The position numbers were made by a program, and so were the translations under genes. Of a stretch of DNA of 64,000 nt, positions 47,763-58,980 are shown piece after piece (positions within the stretch are counted from its first letter, which is position 1; each line of letters opens with the position of its first letter). The stretch comes from Amoebophrya sp. A120 (lineage: Eukaryota; Protista; Dinoflagellata). Location: positions 10,051,979-10,115,978 of the forward strand of contig CAJINV010000003.1 in assembly GCA_905178155.1 (NCBI GenBank), read 5' to 3'. The notes below the pieces were generated by a model. It ran no database searches. It had not been told where the DNA came from and was given only the letters and a program-made list of their open reading frames with translations.

Positions 47763-49580
47763 ATGGCGTCGTCTTCAAGGCGTGTCAAGGTGGTGCTCCG
47801 GCTCGCTTCATTTTTCAGTTCCTACAGACCATGTTCCCAGGGCGTTTCTGCGTATGTTGCGCTCCGTGAAAGCGATAGTGCGCAGGTACTGCGACCGAGT
47901 TTCGTACAACGTGAACGAAGCCGTACTTCTATCCCAAGTTCGAATTCCTCATCTATGATACGGGATTCGGATGATTCTCGTGGCGGAGTGCGTTTGATTC
48001 CATTTAACGTCTGGGCAGCCGTAGCTGGAGAAGGTAGTGACGGCCGCGCAAAGCCAGAGACTCCTGCAAACACGGACGTTAAGAACTCGACGGAAATGAA
48101 CAATTCTGACGACGCCGAAGATGACGCAGGCGCGCCAAGCAGAAAAGCAGCTGGAGCGTTCCTTATGGTGCTCGGTTTCGGAGACGCCCAAGATCCAGCA
48201 AAGATCTCGTCATCTTCAAGTGATAGAAATAGAGGAGCTGGAGCTATTCCAGCAGGTTCGCGCGGGAAACTGGCGAAGTTTGCTGCGCGAAACAATTTCG
48301 GGAGCAAAGGGCCCCACGCCATTCACCATTGTCCAGCCTTACTGATTTCCCGTCGGGGCATCGGACTCGAGACCTCCCTCGCGCGCTGTTTCAAGGCTCT
48401 CCTCCGGAAGATGGTCAGCAAGCACGTCCACCACGTTCACACCTACGCAGATGCAGACCACGGACCTAGGATTGTATCAAGATCAATCCCGACGCCGCTA
48501 TCCACTTCCACTCCGCAAGGCGGTGAGATCGACAAGCAGCAGGGCCTCGACCGCGGCGTCGCGGCCTTCCCGGAGCTCATCGTTGTCTTCGAAGACGACG
48601 CGGTATGGCTGGCCGAGGAAGACGTCAACGATGTGAGTGAAGCCCTTCTCCGCTCTTGGCCAAAAGACACCAGCATCGTCCTGCTTGGGGGGCAGGAGTA
48701 CCTCAAAGCACCAAAGCCGGGCCGGCACCGGGCGCACTACAGCCGACTCGTTTCGCTCGCTTCGCAAGGTGGCGCCACTGGCTTTGGGACTGGCTATCAG
48801 CTAGCTCACCTTGGATTTTCGTGGGGCTCGTATGGTTGGGCGATTCGCACGGCTGACCTTTCGGACTTCGTCTCCACCTTCCTCGACCCGTCACTCGCCA
48901 AGGCGGCCCGCGACTCGCGCGTCAGCCTTGCGATTGACGAAGAGTGGTATCCGTGGGCGGAAAAGAGAGGGAAGACCGTGCGAGTTCTATGTCCGGTAGT
49001 GGTCGGGCACCGTGCTGCGTGGTCCCTGACTCAAAATAAAGAACAAAAAGCCCTGACGAAGCGCCAATGTCCGCAGCCCCTGCTTCAGCCAGACGCGACC
49101 CCTTTCGCCAACGCCATCATATCGAACACAGAGACATCACCACAAGCGTCGCCATCGACGCACAGTGAGACGCACCTCAGCAGTACTGGAGCTTCGAGTG
49201 TATCAGCAAAAACGGATCGACTTGTTGACGAAAACAAAATTAGCACGCGGACTTTAGGATGGCGCTTGCCTACGACCTCCAGGGTGGCCAAGCAAAATTT
49301 GTTCAGGCGCCGGCTTCGCTATCAGCAGAAGCATGCGCGACAAAATCGGGCTCGCCGGGTTGCTGCCGCTCCCAATGCAGATTCAGCCGTCTACGACTCT
49401 AACTTCGCAACTTGGTTGCTCCGAAAGTTTACGGCTCTTGCGGAGCAAATGCACAAAGAACCGCAAGCGCGCTGCTATTGCCGAGGTTCCGGAACTTGTG
49501 AGCAAACTGAAGCCAGCGAACCTGCCCCCTCTGTACTCATAGGGATCAAAAGCGCCGCGCACTGGGCCAAAGTTCGCGCC
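47763..49580 (+). CDS. Glycosyltransferase: GT25-like domain plus start of a GT31-like domain
   Basis: LIVVFEDDA, WPKDTSIVLLGG, WGSYGWAI and AIDEEW (GT25-like); VLIGIKSA (GT31 N-motif). Phase-0 donor gcc|GTACAT at 49581. True start uncertain. Confidence 0.78.
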
Positions 49581-49710
49581 GTACATTAAGGGCGGAAAAA
49601 GTGTGGGCGTGTAGGCGGTTTGATTGGTTTGCATATACCAATATCAGTGGCGCGCCTTTATAGTGTCTATAATAATACTGGCTATTAGCTGTGTGGCCGC
49701 CGTGTTTGTA

Positions 49711-50100
49711 TGTAGTCAGGCCACCGAAAGCCGCTACCCTGGCAGCTTTGTTTCTTGATAGTGAGACAGCAAACTTCGGCGCCGGCTCGGTTCGGCGCCG
49801 GCTAAACTGGCCTCTGGTTCGGCGCCGGCTCCCGTTCCGGTAGACGCCTGCTGCGGCCAACTGGTAGGCCGCCCTCGCCAGGTGCCTTCCCGGGGCCCGG
49901 CTTTTGGCGCGGGCCGGAAAGCGTTGCGCCACTTCTTTAGCAAAAGCCAGGAAGCGGCTTCGGGTGAAATCGCGGGGCGCGTGCCTTCGCTTGGGAAGCC
50001 AACACGAGCCGGGGCGCCTGGGCCTATCAAAGTCGTAGCGTTTCCCCAAAGAGAACAAGCAGCCCGCATTCCATTCGCGGGGAGTCATCGCAAACCCTCG
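49711..50100 (+). mobile_element. Degenerate 5' part of the subTIR/hairpin family (copy E) in an intron
   Basis: TGTA|TGTAGTCAGGCCACCGAA...cttgatagtgagacagcaaa, matching the start of copy B. 3' end unresolved. Confidence 0.55.
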
Positions 50101-52387
50101 GCACTCTGGTCCCCCGCCCCCCCCCCCCCCGCCGAGCCCCCCCGTCCGCTGCCGTTTCCAGCTACCGGTTCCCGCTTCCCGGCTAGGTCCGGGTCTCGGG
50201 ACTTGGTCACGGTCGGGGCCCGGCCGCCTGCTGAACGACACGCAACATGAAGGCGCTGCCGCCTTTTCAGGGCCCGCCCCTGCTTCAGGCCCATCTTTTG
50301 AAAGCAGGCCGCCCCCGCTTCTCGTGGAACGCATGGGGTGGCGGGCTACGCTTGGCGACTTACATACAAGGAAGGAGACGGACCCTCGGCCAAGAGAACG
50401 CCTAGGCCAGAAAGTCGGACGAGCGAAGTTCTACCGTTTTGCGCCGCCCCTTGCAGTGGGGGCCGCGGGCGGAACGCTTTGGCACCACAGGCGCGACCGC
50501 GTTCCGGGCGGCTTTATTCCGAAAAATTCGTTGGCCTCCCGCGTTCCGGCTGCGCGGCAAGGGCCGGGGCGGGTCGGCCTTGCGTAGATTCATGCGGGCC
50601 AACCCCCAAGAGCCGCGCAGCGTTTTTAGTTTACTGCCCGCGCGAACGGTGGCGCGCTTGTGTGTGGGAAGCTGGCGGCCGACGGCCTTCCATGGTGAGG
50701 CAGCAGTGGCGGGGCCGCCCGGGCAGCGCGCGCCCTATATATGTCGCCGCAGGGGCGGGCGGTCGTAACCTCAGGACAGGCCGAGCAGGCGCTGTCCATC
50801 CCCGAACTAAGAAGAAGAGCGGGCGGGGCAGCGTGCAAATAGTTCGGGCGCTTTTTCGTGCGCGGCGCGAACCAGGTGCGGCCGCTTCTATTTGATTTGA
50901 GCGGGCACGCAGAGCCGAGCGAGGACGCAAACCGGGGCGCGACGCAGCGCACCACCTCGGGCGGGACTCACCCCGCCGGGCCGCGCGCCCGCGCGATTGT
51001 TTTCCTTCAAGCCCTTCGGCGGCCCGCCGTCATGCCGGTCGCATGGGGTTTCAGGGTGGGGCCGCCGGCCGAAAAATAGTGGGTGGCACCTGGCGGCTGC
51101 GTGCGCAATTTACGCGCGAAGGTGCCCGCAAGGTAAAGAAGGCACGAATTGCGCGCAACGGCCCGCCACCGAGCGCCACTGACGGCCGCGCCCCGCGGGT
51201 GGCTAGCTGGCAAGGTAATTAGAGGCACGGCCCCCGCCGGGGGGTGGTAGTTGCTTAGTGGCGCGGGGCCGTTTTTGCTAGTGGAAATCTGTGGCGCGGC
51301 CTGGCCGCCTCCTGGCCGGCCCGCCGGGCCAGCCGCGCCGGCGCCGCTTTGGGCCGCCGGCGGGCCCGGGGGGCGCCAGCCGAGCCGCGCGCCCCGCCCG
51401 CGCATGGGCCACGCGCAAAAAGCTTCGGAGTGCCGCGCCGCCACACACCGCGGGCTGCCTGCCGCAACCTGCTCACAGCCGGCTTCCACGCCCGGGACCG
51501 TTTTTGATGTGTTCACACCCCCGCACTACCACTTCCGGGCCAGGGATGTGGCGCTTCATCTTCTGCGGTAGCAGTGCGGATTTCGGAACTCAGGGAGACA
51601 GCGACGGGGGGAAGAAGCATCAACCGCGGGGCGGGGTGTCCGGTGCTTCGTCGTGTTCGGTGCGAGTTGCGGCGTGTTGTGGCGCCAAGATGATTTTTGT
51701 TTTCAATGCAAATAGCGCGACTAGCCCTAGCGGTTTTTGGCAAATTTGCCTACTTGAGCTAGATGGGAAGGGAGGCGACGGCGCGCAGAAACACTCCGCC
51801 AGCCGCCCGTGCGCGAACGGCGCCCGCTTCGGGGATGCGCAGCCGACTCGGCTGGAGAACATCTCGCGCGGGCCGCGGCCGGGCGCGCGTTCCGCCTTCT
51901 GGGGCCCCGGCCGCCCGGCGGGGGAACAGCAGGCCCCTGGAAAGGGGCGCGCGGCCCCCCCTGCCGGGGGGGAAAAAGGGGCCGACGTGGCTCGGCTCTG
52001 CGTTCCCCCTTCTGGGGGGGCAAAAAATGGCCATTCCCTGATGCCACGGGGAGGGTGAAATGGCCCAAAATCGCGCACATTGATTTACAGCGGGCCGGAT
52101 TTGTTGTCGGGGCACCCCGCCGCCCCCGAAGCGAAGCGAGGGCGGCCCGCAATGCCAGTGGGAGGGCGGAAGGCATTCCCTATTTCAGCCGAAGTTCTAG
52201 CTTCCAGGCGTGATATTGTTTGCCGGCCTTGTCGCCGTACGCGAAGAAGCAAAAAGAAAAGGAGGCAGACAAGTGCCGCGGGACATCTGTGCGCCATGCG
52301 CTAAGGTATTCAGATTCGCCGCGCGTGGCCGCTCAGCTTGTGCAATGAATTAGACCGCTGGTCCGCCCACGAATGTTGCGCCTTTAG

Positions 52388-52935
52388 GTTCCTCGTGCGA
52401 CGTGGATCCGGCGCGGGGTCCGTTGCGGCTGTGTGAGCCAGCATGCACCGCTTCCGGGTATGGCAACCGCGCGCTTTCTTATTGGTGGGGCCCCGAGTGG
52501 CCCTCTTCTGGCGGAGCAGCGGCAGCACGGTGATTTAGTTTTCGTGGACGATGGGCAGGACGCAGCCGAGAAGTCCGGGAGCGGTGTAGAAGAAGGCTGG
52601 CGTGACATTTTGGAGGCGATGCCAAAGGACCGAAGGAAGATCCTGGACTGGCTCGCCTTAGTTGGGCGCAATATGACAGCTACGACGAAGATACGACCCT
52701 CTCTCTCGCCGAGTGTGACCCATGTTGGAAATATGGACAGCGATACATATTTGGAGCCGTGTGGGTTGCTTCGTGCTCTTCGCTTGGCATCTAGTGGGGT
52801 CGATCATGGACACGCACAGCATCTGTACTACGGTTTGGCCACTGTTGATGGCCCTGCCCATCGCCAGGAGCTCGCAAAGCAAAGCAGGCCGCTCTCTTGC
52901 CAACTGCCAGGGCGTTGCTCATATATGTCAGGAGG
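52388..52935 (+). CDS. GT31 (beta-1,3-galactosyltransferase-like) domain exon
   Basis: Splicing 49581-52387 yields KVRA|VPRATW (R..R.TW motif). Then RFLIG, EQRQHGDLVFVD, KILDW, MDSDTY (DxD), LYYG, YMSGG. Donor GTAAGC at 52936. Confidence 0.82.
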
Positions 52936-52998
52936 GTAAGCTTTTCGTATTCGCCCCTTTGTGATTGCGCATGACGATGATCGTTCTACTCACTACAG

Positions 52999-53356
52999 GC
53001 CGACAGCTTATTTCGTCCAAGCGAAGGCTGCACAATTTGGCCAAGGGGAAACAAGAAGTAAGGAATTGGTGAGAGGGTAGTCAGAGGAAAAGAGAAGGGT
53101 AGAGGAAGAGGAGGATAACAATTTGCCACGCGCTTTGCGCAGAACAATCGGCATGGTCGCGCGGCACCTTGCAGGCTCTCGCTGCAATCGAGCGCATCCG
53201 GCTGACCCAAAAACCCAACTTGTCATGCAAAATGCACATGCTTATGGTTATGCCGAAAAGTATCTATGCGACACAGTGCTGGAGAAATGCTCACGAACAC
53301 GAAGACGAGCAGAGAGCTGCAAGGGGATAACATTGACACGAATTAGCCCTGCGTGA
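52999..53356 (+). CDS. Glycosyltransferase probable terminal exon(s)
   Basis: Acceptor cactacag (52998) continues the frame, but one TAG lies at 53078. A 27-nt GTAAGG..TCAG intron (53058-53084) would remove it in frame. Confidence 0.4.
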
Positions 53357-54599
53357 ATCTGATTCGTCAAAATACGTCGCGCCTGTTGCTGAAATACGTC
53401 GCTATCTTGATCAAAGTGCAAGAGCTTGCCGCACGCATGTGCGAAGACTCGAAAAGTCGGCCCCCGGGCTCGGGAAAATACGAGACAAACCCGAGAAGCC
53501 CGCGGGCCAGGAAAGCGAGGGGAGCCAGCCCTGTGGAGATGCTCGAGCCTTCCGAAAAGGGCCCCTATGTATTCAAAAAAGCAGGCGCAGGGCGGCAAGC
53601 TGTGAAGGAGGTACGACTTTGGGCCCGGACGCGCGCCCGGGTCTGTGTGTTTCGATCGGACGGCAGCCGCCCGCGCCGCTTGCGGGGCCCACGGCGTGGC
53701 GCGGCCCAGTCGCGGCGGGTGGTTTTTGTGGAAGGGGCCACCGCCTGCGTTTTGCGCTTTGTTGAATTTTGCCGCGGCCCCGGCCCGACTTTGGCCCGCC
53801 GGGGCGCGCGAGTCGCGCCCTGCCGCCCTCCCCTGGTGAGGCGGCTTTCGGCGAAGGCGGCGCCGCTCGGTTTCTTCTTAGTGCCAGCGAAGACGGCCCG
53901 CGCAAGCGTACGGAGGCCAGTTGCGCGCTCAGGTTCGATTCCCGACGGGGGGGCGGCGTGGTTTTTTGGCCAGGAGATAATTGGCCAAGCGCGCCGGCAG
54001 TGGTAGCGAAAACGCGCGCGCCCGGGCCTGGGCTTGCTGTTGTGCGTACATTGGAGCTATTCTTCTGCAAGAAAACATAACGGGTCGCCCAGTCTCTTGC
54101 TTAAAGCAGCGCCACCGCCGTGCCACCGCCGTGGCAACTTGCCCCGCAGGTTCGGTCTTGCCACTTTGCAGCCAGGGTAAAAAAAGAGTAGCGCCGCCAC
54201 CGCATGCGTGGGCTGTCCGCCCCCCGCGGCCGTGGTGGCGCGGGGTCCAAACGTTGCTCGTTTCCGCTACCGAAAGGCCCAGCGCAGTTTCCCGGGCGAC
54301 CTCTCGAGCCGCCCCGGGATGCAGGGGCGTGGCGAAGAAAGGGAAAAACGCATCACATGCGCGGGGCCCCATGCGATCGGTGGCCATCAGCGCGCCGCCT
54401 GTGCGCCTTGGTCCCAACTACCAACCAACCCAAATCACACGGCCCCCCGGCGGTTTGCCGGGCGGCGTTTCGTCCCAGAGTTGAGTGGGATGGCAAGCCT
54501 GCCCAACTCCCTGACGTCGCACGTTCTGCGCCGAATTGCAGGCGATGGGATTCGGCACAGCCCGAAAGCTGTACCCGAGGGCACGCGCTCGGCTTCGGG

Positions 54600-55640
54600 A
54601 CATTGCAGCCGGGGGGCCAAATCCTTCGAGGCCTCCAGAGCCCGCCCAGGAATTCTCTGCCCCGAGTTGGGCCTTCTGCGACAGCCGCCCACCCCCCTGG
54701 CCAGAGGGTTTTTGCTCCCCGGGCCAGAGCCAAGCACGCGCCCCACCTGCCAAAGCATTTTGACGAGGATTCCTGCACGGCTCCAAAGGCTCTCCGTGAC
54801 CCCCTAGCCCAACCAAACGCGGCCGGCTGCCAGCCTGCGGCGGCCCCTCCCCGCAGGCACGCGGCCGACTTGGCCAGAGGACTTGGGCGGGGGCTGCGGC
54901 GAGGAGTCCAAAGTCAAGCAATGCCCCGAGCCCCTGGGGCCAAGTCGGAGCGCCGGGGCGGGGTGGCTTGCCGCCACAGGCGCGCGGCCGACTTCGCCCG
55001 AAAGGTTTTTGCCGAGGATTCTTGCGAGGGAGGGCACCAAGATCCGGCCGGCCGAGAATCACCTGGCGGAGGTCGGGCCGTCCTGGACAGACGTTGGCTC
55101 GCCGCTCGGCGGAGCGCCGGGCCGCCGGGCCGCCGGCCGGTTTCGGAAGGGGAGAGGATTTCGGCGGGGATTCCGGTAGGGCTTCCACAGCCCAACTTGG
55201 GCCGTCTGTGGCGGCTTTCCCCCGGCGGCACGCGGTCGAGTTGGTCAGGGGATTCCGAAGAGGCCTCCAAAATCCGTTCCAGGATCCTCTTCCCCAAAAA
55301 GAGGGGCCGGCTGCGACGGCCACCCCCCCGATGGCACGCGGTCAATGTGGCCAGCGCGGGGGCCTCGGTGGGTGAGAGTTCTTCAGAGGTCGGCGGAATC
55401 CGCCTCGGAATCCTCTGCCCTGCGCAAACGGCCCGTCTGTCCCGGCCGTTCCACGACGGAACGCGGCCGATTTTTCCGGAGGACGGCGCGGCGGGCCCCG
55501 GCGTGGATTCCGCATGCGCCCGCGCCGGCCTTCCGGCCGAGGCAAGCCCATTATTTGCCGGGGCGGCCCCGGCGATAACGGCGGCGTCGATGTTCGCCGC
55601 CTTTGGTTCGTTTCATTCCCCTGGCAAGCCTGTGCACGTT
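54600..55640. repeat. Highly degenerate relative of the hairpin-unit array of the TIR elements
   Basis: Recurring ttggccagagg, aggattc and ttgggcc blocks resembling 6860-7740. Confidence 0.45.
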
Positions 55641-56484
55641 TTGCACTGAGCCCGGAGAGCGGGGGAAGGGGCTCCCAGGGGGGGCTATCTCCCGAAGGGA
55701 GGCGGACCCCCGGCGGGCAAGGCGGATCCCCCGGACGGGGACGGCCTCCAAGACAGAAAGCGGGCCTCCGAGGTGGAAGGAGGGCACGCGCGAATACTGC
55801 AGGCTCAAAGCACGACGTGGGCCGGGAAGATGCCCAACCCCATGGGGTCCGTCGGCTTTCTTGGCTTGGGCCCCACTGCGTCAGGGTCCTCGCTTGTCGC
55901 CTTGCCCGCTTCCTTGTGTTTCGCGAATTGCTCGGGGGGGGGGGCGTGTCCTTTTTGCCGCTAGTTCCGTGCGCGGCGTGCCGTGCGGGCACTTCATGGG
56001 CTGGGGCGTTTCGCGGCGCCTTGGTGAATGTCCCGCCACTCTGCCCCGACACCTGCACACCTTTGGCGCGAGCAGCGCCAGTGGGCAGAGGCTTCTATGA
56101 AGCCAGCGCTTCGCGTGTTCGTACACCAACAGGCATCGCCGCGAGCGTTGGCTCTCCCTCGGGCCAAGCGGAGGCCTTTCCCCGCGCCTGGGCGCGGGCC
56201 GCTTCTGGTTTTGGAATCGGCGCGGCGACCTTTTTGGCGCTCGCCGGGCGATTTTTGAAGCCTGGCGACTGCAGTGGCGCTGGGCGATTTCTGAAGCTCG
56301 GGGACATATTGAACGTCTGGCGATTTTGGAAGCGCCGGATGACTTTGTGGCCGGGGCATGAGCATGCGTCGAGCTTGGGCTGGTTTTTGGTGCGCGGAAA
56401 CCTTGGGACGAGTTGGGATGCGAGGACATGTTTGCGCCTTTGGGCGGCTGCCGGCGCTCGCAGATATTTCGGCCGCATACGCTT

Positions 56485-57376
56485 ATGCGGAGTGAGGCCA
56501 CCGGACTGCCCTAACCTGGCACCCTTCTTGACAGTAACCGCCAAAAACGGGGGGCGGCAGTTAGTTTCGGGCCCTATACCACAGCGCTTGCGTGCTTTGA
56601 AAAGATTCAAACTGCCGAGCCTGCCCGGTTCTGTGATCAAAGCAACGGAGCGCGACGCTTCTCCACTGGTCGCCGGCCTAGCGAACGACGGCGGCGAGCC
56701 AGCAAGCGGGGCGCTCTTCGGAGGCGCCCGCGCCGTGAGCTTCTGGCGGTTTGTGAAGAACAGGGGGGCGCCCAAAAAGTAGAACGCGCGCAAAGCCACC
56801 ACGCCGATACCGTATGGCGCGTCCTCCGTTTCGGGGTGTTTATTTTTGGCGATCGCGACGTCGGTATAGATCAGCTGTTCGTCATAGAAGCTCGGCGCTC
56901 AGCTGCTCTCGGGCTGGAGGAGGGAGTAGCGCGCAGCAGTCCGCTAAAGGGCACACCGCCAGCATCATCATCAAGGCGGTCCCCTTTTCGCCGGCTTAAC
57001 TATACTAAGTGGGGGAAGCTTTGCAGCTGTCGAAAATTGGGAAACGCGAAGGAAAACGCGCGCCAGAATCAAGGGGCCCGCCCGCATGCGATGGGCCCGG
57101 CTCCTCTCTGCTTTTGCGCGCCCCCCGCGGCGCCCGACGGAACTGGCCCCATAGCGTCGGGGCTGGTCCCAAGAGAGGGGCGCTTGCTGGAGATTTGCCG
57201 AAGGGGCTTGCGATGTTAGCTTTCTCAAGGGCCCGCCATTCCGTGCGGCGTATTGCTATCCGCGACGGCATCGCGGGCCCGCAAAAAGCACGACCGCCGC
57301 CGGCCCGCTGCCAAGGCAGGCGGGCGCGAGGAAATGGCAGCGACCTAGCCACCTCCGCCCCGGCGGATATATTTTT
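56485..57376 (+). mobile_element. subTIR + 3'-hairpin element family, copy F (old)
   Basis: tgcggagtgaggccaccg...ctaacc start. End gacctagccacctccgcccccggcggatatattt. Internal blocks conserved. Confidence 0.7.
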
Positions 57377-58249
57377 CATATTTTTAGAGCTGGCAAATGC
57401 CCGGGAGTTTCAATTTTCTCTGGCGTGTTCGACGGTTTTCCTCTTCTGCAGCGTTGGCGCCGTTTGTTTCTTTCAGCGAGCCCGAGGCGATTTGCGACCC
57501 GCGGACTCTTCGGGGCCCCGGCAAGGTTTCTCGGCGGCCCTTTAGCACAGGGGGAAGCCAGCCTCGGGGTTGTATATCCACCCCCGGCAAATTCGCTGGG
57601 AAGGCGCGCGACGTGTTTTCGCGGCTGCCTTAAGTAACGGGGCGCAGCCGCTGCAGCAAGGCCGCGCTCTGCGGGGGGGGGGTGCGCTTTCGGGATTCAC
57701 TCGGGGGACGCGAGGTGGTTGGTGCTTCGCGTTTTGCGCCCGGTCAGCCGGCCGGCAACTCAGGACCACGCCGCGCGGATCGGTTGCAGCGGGGCAGGCG
57801 ACGTGCCTCATAGTTTCATCGAGATCCGCAGGGAATCCCCCGGGGCGCCGAAGATCCCGTCGGGGCGAAGGGTCGGAACACGGAAGTGCTGGCATTGAGG
57901 AGGCGACGCCGCGTGCGCCTCGAGCACCGCTGCCTCCGGTCGCCCCGTGATTTTCAAAGGGCATACGGCCCTGCTCGGGGCTCGGGGCCAAGCCAATGAC
58001 GCCGATGCGCCGGGCAAGTGCAGGCCTCGGCGCGTGCATCCTGCTATTTTGACCCTAGAGCCTCTAGACCGAAGGCCAAAATATATAAACAGGAGGCACG
58101 CGGCTACGGCTACACGCTCGCCCTCGCTACGGCTACACGCTTACCCTCTGAGGGCGAGCGTGTAGCGCGTCGTCGGTCTGTGACTCTTCTAACTGAGGCA
58201 GGGCGGGCCGGAAGCAGCCCGATACTCTCTCCGCTGGCGTTTCTTTCAA

Positions 58250-58980
58250 GTTATATATTTGAGTACTACCAAAGGCAAACCAAGGGAAAGCCATCTATTC
58301 AAGTTTTACGCACAGGCTCTACGTACTCTCGCGCAGTTTGCTGTCGCTAATGTTCGCGAGAGACTTGCTGCCCCTCCTGATGCACGACTTGCAGCAACAC
58401 CGCGATCAGTGCCAATCCGAGGAGGTGCTTGTCGGGTGTCTCGTCATGAATGTGGCCATCGCTACAGCGACGTCGGGTGGCCGCTCAGGCGAGCTGGTCG
58501 CTTTCAACTCCGTCGCAAATTCCGGAACGTGTCAACAAAATTGGTGCAACGCCTGGAATCCGTGGCGCGGCGTCTTCATCTTCAGGCACCTCGCTTACGA
58601 GTCAGCAACTCTTCTCCCGCGTAGTCTGTCGCACAATGAGCCGACCGCGGACGGAAAGGATCTGGCCCTGCCGAGGACGCCGGGAGCAACATCGCGAGCC
58701 ACTCCCTAGGTTGAAGCATTCTACTGCGCGCGCTGACGCGGTTGATTTCTGATGCCCACACCACTGTAGAGGCGGCCGATGTATTTCTTCCGCTCGTCGT
58801 CTCCGCTCCTTGTCCCGGAAAGCATATACTCGGCAAAGCGTTGCAGAGACGGGTAATAGTACTAAAAGAGCTCGCACGAGGAAAATCTAGAGGCATGGGG
58901 CGAAGGCGCTGCAGCGTCTCTAGGAATCTCTCGAATTTTACGCATGTTGCTGCTTCTTCCCCGCACCCGCTTGTTTGATC
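58250..58980 (+). pseudogene. Possible frameshifted tyrosine-recombinase remnant
   Basis: LVMNVAIATATSGGRSGELVAF resembles YR box A (hydrophobic helix-TGxRxxEL). Downstream frames are broken. Confidence 0.25.
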
